Positions 49,512 through 61,350 of a DNA stretch of 64,000 nt are shown one piece after another. The notes beneath the pieces were generated by a model, which saw nothing but the letters and a program-made list of their open reading frames with translations, was not told where the DNA came from and did no database searches. The position numbers and the translations under genes are program-made. This DNA is from Antechinus flavipes (lineage: Eukaryota): assembly GCF_016432865.1 (NCBI RefSeq), contig NC_067403.1, positions 245,830,001-245,894,000 on the forward strand. The letters are read 5' to 3'. How positions within the stretch are numbered: position 1 is the stretch's first letter; every line of letters starts with the position of its first letter.

Positions 49512-51108
49512 TCCATATATTTATATTTATCTCTTTATAAATATAACAACATTTCTCAATCTGTATTGTGAGTTCTTAACTTCTCTTTTAGGAAATAAGT
49601 AGCATCTTTCATTATAGATTTCCTGGAATTGTAGTTGGTAATCATGTTGATCACTTTTTTAAGTGTTTCAAAAATTTTTTATGATGTTATAATATTTACA
49701 ATATTACAATAAATTCTCCTTTTTTATGTTCACTCTGCATCAGTTCATTTAACTTTTGTAAAGATTCTCTTAAGACATTCTTTTCATTTCTTATACTACA
49801 ACAATATTCCATTACATTCAACATTACATTATATCCATATAAAATTTAAACATTGTTCAATTGATGGGACCTCCCTTAATTTCCAGATCTTTGTCATCAC
49901 AATATGCAGAAAAATAGTTGCTGTAGATTTTTTTTTTTTTGAGAATTCTCTCAACTGAGAGGGAATGAGATCTGTTGAGAGGGTTTACTCTTCAGTGGAA
50001 TGTGGGTTCTTGGCAATAGTGTATTAACTAAAGAAGCTTCTCTCTAGGGAGTAGTCCCTAGACCCTAGACCAATTTTCCAATGTTTCAGATGTAGTTTTT
50101 CATACTCTTTTTCTGTCTTTCCTAGCGTATATTATTAAAGACCACATTCTACCACACCAAAAGATAAATAAGTAACAACTTTCACAGGAAAGGAAGGAGT
50201 CAAGATTTTAATCAGAATGAGAACACATTGCCTCTTCAAACACAAAAGGATATGACCAAATAGTTTTCTAATTGTCAGAATCTATTTAGAAAAAAATTAC
50301 AAGATTGAAGTAACTATTAAAGGAGACTTGCAGTCTTATCCAAGCACACAAAATAGTTTTTATTGTTATTGTTATTTTATTTGTTGTTTTTATTTATATG
50401 TTTATTTATTTTTATTAAGAGTTTGATACAAACTCTTTGTGACCCTGTGGATCATGGCATACCAATACTACTCAGGAGGTTTTCTTGGCAAAGATTTGGA
50501 GTATCATTTTGTCCTCCAATGAATTGAAGCAAACAGAATAAGTGACTTGCAAGAATCTCACTGCAGGTCTGAGAGTGCATTTGAACTCAGTTCTTGCTGC
50601 ATTCCAGGCCCAGCATTCTTTCTATGCATGGAACACTTTCTCACTAAATGGTTGTTATGACAATAGATGAAACCATTGATTTTTATCATGTCCTTGTGTA
50701 GTTTGTAGTTTTTTATTTCTTCTGCTATAGTAGTGAGAGATTTTGGGCTATTAGGTCTCCTGAAGGTTGGGTATTTAATCCATCAAGAATCTACTTCTTT
50801 GCACTTTATACAAACTGGTTCTTTTTTTTTAATCACTTAATTAAAGCTTAATAGTAGTATTACTGGATCAAAGGATATACAGAACTTAAGAAAATTTTGG
50901 CTGTAGTCCCCAATGATTTTACAAAATGACTTTATTCACAACTCTGAGAAGATTGTCTCTATTAAAGCTCTGGAAGACTTTTCCCATTCTAATATTCTAA
51001 CATTTATGTTATTTCTTTTCATCAAAATTCACAAGTGTTTAAGTGAATAAGATAACAAGAAAACCCTTAGTTTTAAAATCATTTTCATAATTTAATTAAA
51101 ATAAACGA

Positions 51109-52038
51109 TTAATTACTATTCCTTAAAGCCTTCTTAAGAGCATCCTTTACCTCCTTATTCCTCAAACTGTAGATCAGGGGATTTAACATGGGAATGATCA
51201 CTGAATAAAAGACTGAGACCATCTTATCTGTATCAAGGGAATGGTTTGAGCTAGGTTGCAAGTACATAAATATTAAGGTCCCATAAAAAATGGTGACAGC
51301 CATCATGTGTGAGCCACAAGTAGAGAAAGCTTTATACCTGCCTTCAGCTGATTTCATCTTTAGAATTGCAGAGATAATAAACATGTAGGAGACAGAGATA
51401 ACTAAAAGGGAAGCAATACCAATGATTCCAGCGCAGATAAAAAGCCACATTTCTTTGAAATGGGTATCAGAGCAGGACAGCCTCAAAAGAGGCATGTCAT
51501 CACAGTAGAAATGGTTGATAATGTTAGAACCACAGTAGGAGAGGCGGAATGTCAGGATAACATGGTAGATTGCCACCATCAGACTGTAGATGTATGGTAT
51601 GACTACAAGCTGACTACAGATTTTAGGAGACATCAAAACCATATAAAGTAAAGGGTTGCAAATGGCCACATAGCGATCATAGGCCATGGAAGCTAGCAAC
51701 AAGCATTCTGCATTCGTGAAATTAATAAAGCACCCGAGTTGAGTAGCACATGCATAGAAAGAGATTATATTTTTCTCATATAAGAAATTCCCCAACATCT
51801 TAGGTGTGATTGAAGAAGAATAACAGAAATCTACAAATGCCAGGTGACTTAGGAAGAAATACATTGGAGTTTTCAGTCGTGAGTCTATTCTGATGATTGT
51901 GATGAGACCCAAATTGCCCACCACTGTGAACATATAGATAGATAAGAACAGTATGAAGAGAGGAATCTTCAGCTCTTGCTTGTCAGTGATGCCCAAGAGA
52001 ATGAATTCAGTCACCTGGGTAAAATTAATCTCGGCCAT
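51109..52038 (-). CDS. OR8U1-like: Olfactory receptor, OR8U subfamily (OR-E), intact, 309 aa
   Basis: Full ORF with all OR motifs. Confidence 0.96.
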   Translation of the reverse strand: MAEINFTQVTEFILLGITDKQELKIPLFILFLSIYMFTVVGNLGLITIIRIDSRLKTPMYFFLSHLAFVDFCYSSSITPKMLGNFLYEKNIISFYACATQLGCFINFTNAECLLLASMAYDRYVAICNPLLYMVLMSPKICSQLVVIPYIYSLMVAIYHVILTFRLSYCGSNIINHFYCDDMPLLRLSCSDTHFKEMWLFICAGIIGIASLLVISVSYMFIISAILKMKSAEGRYKAFSTCGSHMMAVTIFYGTLIFMYLQPSSNHSLDTDKMVSVFYSVIIPMLNPLIYSLRNKEVKDALKKALRNSN

Positions 52039-55000
52039 TTATTCCATCTGACATCTTGGCCAACATAAAAACAAAGATGAAAGTTCAATTAGTTCTTGAG
52101 TTTTCCTTCCCTCTAAATCAGATTAATTATTATTGTCTTTTTCACAGTGCAAGATGATAAATAGTCCACAGGAAAAATAAACAGAACCAGCTGTGATTGC
52201 AAAATACTCGATTAACCATGGTACTGCACAGTACGGTTGAGCAAATATTAGTATTACTATTTTAAATACTAAAATATTACTATTTTATTCTTTGACACAC
52301 GATTTGATATACAAAATAAAATGCCATTGACAAAGGACTTGAGGTGGAATTTTTTCTCTTCTTCAGAGTAAATATTTTTTCCACTATTCCATATTCCCTT
52401 ACTCAAAAATAAAATAATCATCTCTATTTTTGGTAGTATACTCTTAATTTGTAACTATCATTCTTGTCTACACATTCAAATTCCATAGACATTTCATTGT
52501 CACTTACTTTGTGTGAGGCAGCATGGCTTGGTGGATTGAATGCAAATCTCTGAGTCAAAAAAAAATGGATTCAAATCCTGCTTCATTCATAGATTGACTA
52601 TGGCCATTGGCACACTTAATCAGATATAGTTCATAGTAGTTGTTGATCTGCAACATTGGGCTGTATTGTATTATATTTGTGTGTCTGTGTGTCTGTGTGT
52701 CTCTCTCTATATATAGAATTAAACACATTTAGAAATATATTCTAGTTTCCAACCTCCAACTTGAAGATCCCTTTGGGGATGATCAGAATTATTTCTTTGA
52801 AAGTATTCTGTGAGTCCCCACTCTTAAAAACTTTTATTATGAGCCCCAAGTAGTATATTTCCTCTGACTCTATAATTGGGGAGAGAAGATGACTTAAAAA
52901 CCAAATGATTTATTGATACTAGAGTATAAAATGTACATAGTGAAGAGAATGATTAGATTTGGAGTTTGAAGCACATGGTTCAAATCCTAACTGTGCTATT
53001 TAGTACCTCTATAACCTAAATCTCTCTAGCCATCAGTTTTTGTACTAGGTGACTTTTGAGGTCCTTTTTGTCACTTAATCTGATTTACAGAGATAAATAA
53101 AGTACAGGATTTCCAGAATTGTATTGTTCAGTTGTATCTCTTTGTTACCAGAGAATCATAGTGTAAGCACACTATACCACTGCTTTCTCTCAAAGCTGGT
53201 TCACATTCATGTTCATTGTTACTATGACACTTTCCATTCATCTCATTCTCTGCCTTCCTCTTTTTTCCTTTTTAATCTTACTCTCATCCTTCTTAGAGTA
53301 ATATTAAGCTCTAATAGCTTAAAAGAACTCTTAAGACTTTTGGCACTCCCTGTGAATATGAGGAAAGGTAGAAGATAACTAGGGCATCATGAGTGGAAAT
53401 GATATTTACTTGATCCTCTAAGGGAAACTAAGGTGAAAATAAAATTAAGAATGTGATTGCTGAGTTAGAGGACTAACAAATCAGTTATTGTGACTCAAAT
53501 ATAAAGTGTCTATGAGTAAATAATGTGGTATAAGTGTGGACATAGCTGACACCAGACCAATAAAGCCTTAAATGTCAAAGTGGGGAGTAAGTATTTTATC
53601 TTTGAGGCATTAAGAAGTCACAACAAATCACAGATTAGAAGAATGGATTTATAAGATAATTTTGTCCATTGATTGAAGAATGAATTGGACAGAAAAAGAT
53701 TAGAAATAAGAAATTCATTTAAAATAACTGCCAGGGATCCAGTTAAGAGTCTATGGATTTAGGCTAAGCAACAGGTAAAAAGCCTACCTATTTTTTAATT
53801 ATAAATTTGAATTTTCCCCTAGTATTGGCAGTTAATCAGCATTTGATAAGTTCTTATACTTGTAAAAAAATGTTTATTTGTTTCTATGATACATTTATAA
53901 CCAAGAACAGGGTTGACTTTTAGAAGCCCTATGATAAGGAAAGGGGAAATCATTTACATGGATAATGGCATTAAATACTAGTATAATCATAGTGTGTATA
54001 ACCTATACTGTTTAGGAGACCATAGAAAAGTTAAAATTAAGTTACTGAATTTGACCTTGGCATTTCCTTTAAACTATTGACCATTTCAGTTGGCTAATAT
54101 CAAAAAAAAAATGTTAGTTATGAATTATGTAAATCAAAAAATAGTGGGGCGATAACTTTTTCTACTTTTCAATCAAGTATTTTCGTGTTCTTTAGACATG
54201 ATCTAAACTCACAGGACCCTATGTTTTCAATGTATATATAATGAATCTTAAGTGCTTTAACGTATGTATTTCTTTTGTAGAGGAATTACCAATGATGACT
54301 AGTTGGTGAAATAGAGGAAACACTAGGATAATGTTTATAAAAAGATCAAATAATCTAGCTTGACACTAGCTTTAAAAAGAATGAAGGTTATTAGTTTAGA
54401 AACTGTGACATCAGGTTTTACAAGGGATAATATTGAAAATTATCCATGTATATGTTTTGAAAATAAAAAGCCTAAAAAAAGAAATTATGACATCTGCTTA
54501 TAGTGTGGGGTTCATCATAAATTACATCTGAAATTGAGAACTGGGATTTCTTATAATGTAATATCTAGAATTTGAGTTCTTATACAATACCTCATAATCA
54601 TTATACTAACTGTCAAAAGTCAAGAAAATCCTTTTGTAGTTTGTGAACATCCACCATCAAAAAAGTAATTAGACCTATATGTCACTACCTTCCTCATACA
54701 AAGATCATCTCAATCTGTTCTAACCAAGATCTTATGAAAAATCCTGTAGCTATTATGTGTCTGTCCTATAAGATTGCTACCACCTCTTTCCCACTTCCAC
54801 TATTCCCAGGATCCATTCCATCTTAAGCTTAGCCCAATTGTTTTGGCAGATCCTAATGTCTTTTACTTTCAAGGTAGTTCATGCCTCACTATAACTTAGA
54901 CTCAACAAACAAACAAACAAACAAAATAACGACTATAATGTTGGCAATTCACTTACCAGCAGCATGGGTTATCCAAAAGATCACTGCAGAATATCGCATG

Positions 55001-55954
55001 ACCTCAAATCTCTGTTATTTCAACTTAGGAAAAAAAATGATTAAATGTGTTGCTAAAAAGAATTATTTATAAGATATTAGTATCTATCCTCTTCTCTATT
55101 CTTGGTTTTTGTTTTAGCAACTGTTATTAGTATCCTTCCCATCATTTATGAATTAGCTGTTAGGTTAACAGCTTAGTTGCTTCCCCATTCTTCCCAGATC
55201 AAAACTTTCTATCCTCCCTCAATAAAACTAATAGCACAGTCCAATCTTGTGCTGACCCATTTGCTTACATACCTATAAGATTATTTGAACATCCAAAGTC
55301 AGTGTGGTTGTGTTTCCTAGTTCTCTAATTCCTACATTTTTATTAAGTACATAGTTAATAGATATTTTAGTTAATAAACATCATTTGACCAATTTTTCTT
55401 GGTTGAAACTCTCTTTGGTGATATGCTCTTTGGGTTTGTTGGAAACCCAATTCTTTATGTATTATAGAAGATTGTTCTTTATGTTAATATTCCCATTTAT
55501 GAGATTATAGTTTTCAAGCTAGGTCATATCTTAAAAAAATATGATTCCAACCCTTTCATTTTAAAAATGAAATATATATATACCTTTTATAAAGTCATAT
55601 AGATAAGATGTGAATTATTGAGATCTTCTCTTTTATGTGTTCGTAATTCAGATTCAGTACTATTTTTATTGTACTAGAGTTGTTCATTATACTAGAATGC
55701 TTGAATATCAGGGGAAAAAATGGTCCAAAACTCTCTCTGAATGTTTTCATTTTTGCCTCTCTGTTTAAATATGCTAGTGAAATATTAATGTTAACTATGT
55801 CCTTGTCATTTTAAACCTTCAGAAAAAATATTTTTTTAATTATCATGTTGTCTTAATTCTGATTCCCATAACTACTTATAGTTAAAGTGATACAGATTCC
55901 AAACTATTGAAGATATGAAACAATTGATTTGCTCTCCCAAGTCAATTGGAAGAT

Positions 55955-56220
55955 TTTATCTTACCTGAGAAGAACAAGTAGCCAGTTTTCATAAATACAC
56001 ACAGTAGCATTTGAGTGCATGGTCTTATTGATGAATGTGTCCCAAAGGAATTTCATGTTCCTTGTCCTGAAGCTCCTAACTCACTCTGGTGCTGATAAAC
56101 TAAATGCAACCATAGGGAACATTATGTAAACTGAATTTTAATTGAGGAGCTCCTCTAGGGTGTTGTGGGAACAACAACAAAAAAAAAAAACAAGTCTGCT
56201 CCTCATAATCTGAGCAATGT
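55955..56220 (-). promoter_or_regulatory. Candidate promoter plus first exon of OR-E
   Basis: Donor GT at 55964/55963, tcccaaaggaa, ccatagggaa, TAATTG 56139-56144. Confidence 0.6.
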
Positions 56221-57074
56221 GCCAAAGAATGTTTTTTTAAAGTAAAATTTGCTTTTGGAACATTTCCAATTATTAATAATAATGTTATTTTTAAGAGTCA
56301 CTTTCTAGTTTCATGAATTTCTTATATAAGTCTAAATTCAACTTTAAAAGCCATCTCGAACACAATTCCTATGGTCAGTCCTTCAATTAAAAACATTTTT
56401 GAGGTACCCACTATATGCAAAGAACATGGCTTTGGAATCAAAGGGCCTTGCTTCGAATCCTATAGCCACCATTACCTGCTTGAATTTTATAGCAACTATT
56501 CAAAATCTTTTCATTCCTCTTTAAGTTACCCATTGCTTATTCTCCCCCTATCCTGTTAGCTGAAAACTTTGCCTTTAACACCCACCCCACCAAATATTCT
56601 CCCTCTTCCTCATTTCATATTACTTTGATCTCACCTCTCATTATCTCTGTCTTCATCTCTGTCTAATCCAAAGAGGTCGCAGCTGCCAAAAGCAAATTGT
56701 TCAACCAATGTGACAGTACTTTTTTATTCTGTCTCCTCCAACAACTTGTCACCTCTGTCTGCCTTCTTTTCTTACTTATCTTTAATATCTTCCTTGTTTT
56801 CTGGATCTTTCCTTTTGCCTACAAACACATTTATGTCTACACATTTTGAGATAAAAATCATTTATTCAGTAATTTTATTTTGACTTTATATATGTGTCAA
56901 TATTGCATCTTTGTGGATTTTTTCTGGGTTTACTTTAGATTTTATTATTGAAAAAATATTATTATTATTAAAAAAAAACTTTATACAAAGTTCCCCTATG
57001 ACTTTTTGTTATTTTTTCCCCATGAGTGCTGTTTCTTTGAGATACACAGGTAGATATGTACACACGTTGTGCAT

Positions 57075-57110
<36 letters not shown>

Positions 57111-59417
57111 CACTTATTTTTATTTATATATAATTATGTTTGTAAATAAATATGTATGTATATAATAACATTATAAATAAATAAAATTTATAAAAATATA
57201 TATTTATATTTCATAACTATATGCTTATATATATGAAAAAAATCAATTGTTTTTCTGCCTTCTATCCTTCCATTCCCACTCCTATATTAGAATAAATGTT
57301 TAGTCAAGTAAAACAAGCTTCCATATTTGACTCTATTTTATTTATAAATATATATGTGCATATATATGTATACACATACACATATAAACCTATCACTCTG
57401 TTTATATACACATATTTATATATATATATATTTATAAATCAATATGTTTTGATCTGTATTGTGAGTTCTTCATTCTCTGTTAGGAGGTAGATAGCATGTT
57501 TCATCATAGATCTCTTGGAATTGTAATTAGTCACTGTATTCATCAACTTTTTAAAAGTTCAACTCTTTTGAAGTTTTTTTTTTTTAATTTTTATAATGTA
57601 CAATATTTACAATATTACAATAAATTCTCCTTTTTCTTTTAACTTCACTCTGCATCAAGTCAAATAATTTTTCCAAGATTTTCCTAAAACGTCCCTTTTA
57701 TTTTTTATACTACAATAATATCTATTACATACATATATTCCATAATATTTAAATAAAAGTTAGTGACTATTCAATTGATGGGCCCTCCTTTAGTTTCTAG
57801 ATTTTAGTCATCACAACATACATTAAAAAAAAAAAAAGTTGCTGTAGATTTTTTTTTTTGGAAGAATTTTCTCAATTGAGACAAATGAGATCTCTTGGGA
57901 AGGATTTATTCCTCAGTAGGAGGTAGGTTCTTATGATAAAAATGTATTGACTAAAAAGACCTCTCTCTAGGGAGTAGCTTCACTTTCTAATGGTTCAGAT
58001 GTAGTTTTTCATATTTTTTAGCTCTTCTTAGAGTATACTATCAATCACCAACCTTCTGCCACACCAAAGAATACATAACAACTTTTACAGGAGTGGAAGG
58101 AGTCAAGAAAAGGAGGAATTGATCAAGGAGGGATGTTCTGGGAGAATATTTTTCATAAAGCAATTTTTCATCAAACAATATACAGAATGATAACACATTC
58201 CCTGTTCAAACACAAAAAGATATGACCAAATACGTTTCTAATCGTAGGAATCTATTTAGAAAAAATTGCAAGATTGAAATAACCATTAAACAAGACTTCC
58301 AGGTGTCTTATCCAAGGACAATAGTTTTTATTGTCATTCAATTGTGTCAAACACTTTGTGATCCTGTAGATCACAGGTTTCAGGAGATTTTCTTGGCAAA
58401 AATGTTGGAGTGTCATTTCGTTCTCCAGTGGCTTAAGGCAAACAGAATAAGTGGCTTGCCAGAATCTCACAGCTACAGAATATCTGAGACCACATTTGAA
58501 ATCAGTTCTTCTTGATTCCAGGCCCAGCATTCTATCCACAGATTGGTATTTAATTTATCAAGAAAGTGATATTTCCCTCTACTTTTTGGCTAAACAAAAT
58601 GGTTCTTTTTTTTTTTTTTAATTGCTTCATAAAGGCTTAGTAGGAATATCACTGGATCAAAGGATATGCAGAGTCGAAAAAACTTTTGGTTGTTGTCCCC
58701 AATGATTTTACAAAATGACTTAATTCACAACTCGGAGAGAATTGTCTGTTAAAGCTCTGGAGTTTTGGAATATTGCCTCATTGTTATAATTTTTTTCACA
58801 CAGTTACTGTTTCTGTGATTTGTTTCCTAACCTATTTATTATAAGATTGTTGCATTCAGATCTATATTTGACTTTTTTATTTGTTATTTATTATTTTATT
58901 TGGGGGGCATGGATTCTAAAGATTATGTAATGTTGTCTTAATATATTAATTTATATCACATATTCATTAAAAATGTAGAAGGCAATGAGGTAGAATACTA
59001 TGTAAATATACTGTCAGATATGGTAGAACCGTTTATTATTTCTGCTGAGCTGCTTTTTTCTCATTCTTGAGGAACGTATTCTCATGTTTCTGAAGAGAAG
59101 TAAAGGAGTTACCCCATTTGAATAGAAAAATAACAAAGGGATAACTAGGAATTAGGTTGATGAAAAAATAAAAATAGTAAATTATCATTGAAAAGCAAAC
59201 AAATACATATGGTATTGTATTATAAGATGACATCAAGTTGTGACTCTTTAAAGAGTGATTTTCAAGCATCTTTTATATGGTGGCAAATTGAAAGGAGAGT
59301 TAAACTTAATGATTTCCAAAGTCTTTTCCAATTCTAATATTCCATGTAACATGCATGTTACTTCTTTTCATTAAAATTCACTAGTTGTTTAAGATAAGAA
59401 AATTCTTAATTTTTAAA

Positions 59418-60377
59418 TCACTGTCTTAATTTAATTAAAATAAGTGCATAATTATTATTGCTTAAGGCCTTCTTCAGAGCATCTTTTACCTCCTTATTCC
59501 TCAAACTGTAGATTAGGGGATTTAACATGGGAACAATTACTGTATAAAAGACTGAGGCCATCTTATCTGTATCAAGGGAATGGTTTGAGCTCGGCTGTAA
59601 ATACATAAATATTAAGGTCCCGTAAAAAATGGTGACAGCCATCATGTGTGAGCCACAAGTAGAGAAAGCTTTATGCCTGCCTTCAGCTGATTGCATCTTT
59701 AGAATTGCAGAGATAATAAATATATAGGAGACAGAGATCACCATAAGAGACAAAATAAGCATTATTCCCGCACATGCAAAAATCCACATTTGTTTGAAAT
59801 GGGTATCAGAGCAGGACAGCCTCAAGAGAGGCATATCATCACAGTAGAAATGGTTGATAATATTAGAACCACAGTAGGAGAGGCGGAATGTCAGTATAAC
59901 ATGGTAGAGTGCCACTATGAAACTGTAGATGTAGGGAGCAGCTACAAGCTGAACACAGATTTTTGGAGACATCAGAACCATATAAAGCAAAGGGTTACAA
60001 ATGGCCATATAGCGATCATAGGCCATGGAAGCTAGCAACAAGCATTCTGCATTCATGAAGTTAATAAAACACCCTAGTTGAGTAGCACATGCATAGAAAG
60101 AAATTATATTTTTCTCATATAAGAAATTCCCCAACATCTTAGGTGTGATTGAAGAAGAATAACAGAAATCTACAAATGCCAGGTGACTTAGGAAGAAATA
60201 CATTGGAGTTTTTAGTCGTGAGTCTATTCTAATGAGTGTGATGAGACCCAAATTGCCCACCACTGTGACCATATAGATAGATAGGAATATTATGAAGAGA
60301 GGAATCTTCAGCTCTTTCTTGTCAGTGATGCCCAAGAGGATGAACTCAGTCACCCTAGTGAAATTAATCTCAGCCAT
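59418..60377 (-). CDS. OR8U1-like: Olfactory receptor, OR8U subfamily (OR-F), intact, 319 aa
   Basis: Full ORF with all OR motifs; rightmost gene of the array. The upstream flank is unique, with candidate acceptor tttag|gctcccag like OR-1. Confidence 0.96.
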   Translation of the reverse strand: MAEINFTRVTEFILLGITDKKELKIPLFIIFLSIYMVTVVGNLGLITLIRIDSRLKTPMYFFLSHLAFVDFCYSSSITPKMLGNFLYEKNIISFYACATQLGCFINFMNAECLLLASMAYDRYMAICNPLLYMVLMSPKICVQLVAAPYIYSFIVALYHVILTFRLSYCGSNIINHFYCDDMPLLRLSCSDTHFKQMWIFACAGIMLILSLMVISVSYIFIISAILKMQSAEGRHKAFSTCGSHMMAVTIFYGTLIFMYLQPSSNHSLDTDKMASVFYTVIVPMLNPLIYSLRNKEVKDALKKALSNNNYALILIKLRQ

Positions 60378-61139
60378 TTATTCCATCTGGGAGCCTAAAT
60401 GAAGGATTAGGAAAAAAAAAAAAGACCAATTAGCCACTCTTTTTCCTCTTGCCTAAATAGTTTTTCTTCATTGCCATCTTCAAGGCTAGCAATACTCAAT
60501 AATTCAGTGTTGGGTTTTTTGTTTTCTTTTGACCAAATGTTGCTTTACATTAACCATATGAGATAATCAATACAATATTACTTTTCTCTTTGTAAAGCTG
60601 AGAACGCTAAGGCTCAGTTGCCCATCTGCGTGCCTATAATGTGTTACTTTTCTCCATACTATCCTGTCTCAGCATAAGAAGTAAAAAGCTTACACATTTT
60701 TTATGACAGACATAGTCTGTCATAATTTTTTATTTTTGTCTCCATTGATCTAATTCACCCTGGATTTTTTTTTTTTGGTCATTTACCATATACAAGGCAT
60801 TTTCCTAGATTCTAGAAATTCAACAAAATGGAAAACTGTTTCCATACAAAAGAAACTTGTACCAAAGTTGAGACTACATTTAAATACTTTAAAAATATAA
60901 TGAATTTCAATGACATAGAGAACATAATAAGAAAAATTTCCATTGTAAGATTACATCTTAGTTTATTATAATTACTTTAGTAGAACATTAGAAGAAATTC
61001 TGTTTTATGCTTTTCTTTGTATTCCCAATATTCTGCATTTTGTCTAGAACATAATATGTTCTTAATAAGTACTTATTGACTAGGTGATTGACTCGTAGAA
61101 ATATAAGTATTCAAAAAGTTCAAGGAAAGGAGGAAACAA

Positions 61140-61350
61140 GCATTTATAAAGGGCCTAATATGTGACAGTTACCATGCTAAGTGCTTTAATTTGGGAAATA
61201 GTTGATATTAATATCCATTTTATACTTTAGGAAACTTAAATAAACAACTAAATGACTTTCCCAGAGTCACAGAGCTCAAAAATATATAAAGCTTTATTTG
61301 AACTCTGGTATTCTGAAATCAGGCCTAACACTCCAATAACTACTCTCTAG
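61140..61350 (-). mobile_element. MIR/CORE-SINE fragment (other old MIR/L2 pieces at about 55-200, 420-580, 3310-3520, 6500-7030, 7870-8000, 12480-12620, 13280-13470, 60770-61070)
   Basis: ccattttata...ggaaactt...aaatgactttcccagagtcacagag...tttgaactc core motif. Confidence 0.6.

Larger units (their letters stand above)
13579..60390. repeat. Tandem segmental array: five homologous intergenic spacers A 14521-26750, B 28852-33159, C 34090-42485, D 43416-51108, E 52039-59417
   Basis: The same ordered landmarks (MIR, TG microsatellite, RTE tail, exon-like block, promoter-like block, old L1, MAR1 SINE) recur in each spacer unless locally deleted, roughly 80-85% identical by eye. Confidence 0.95.
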
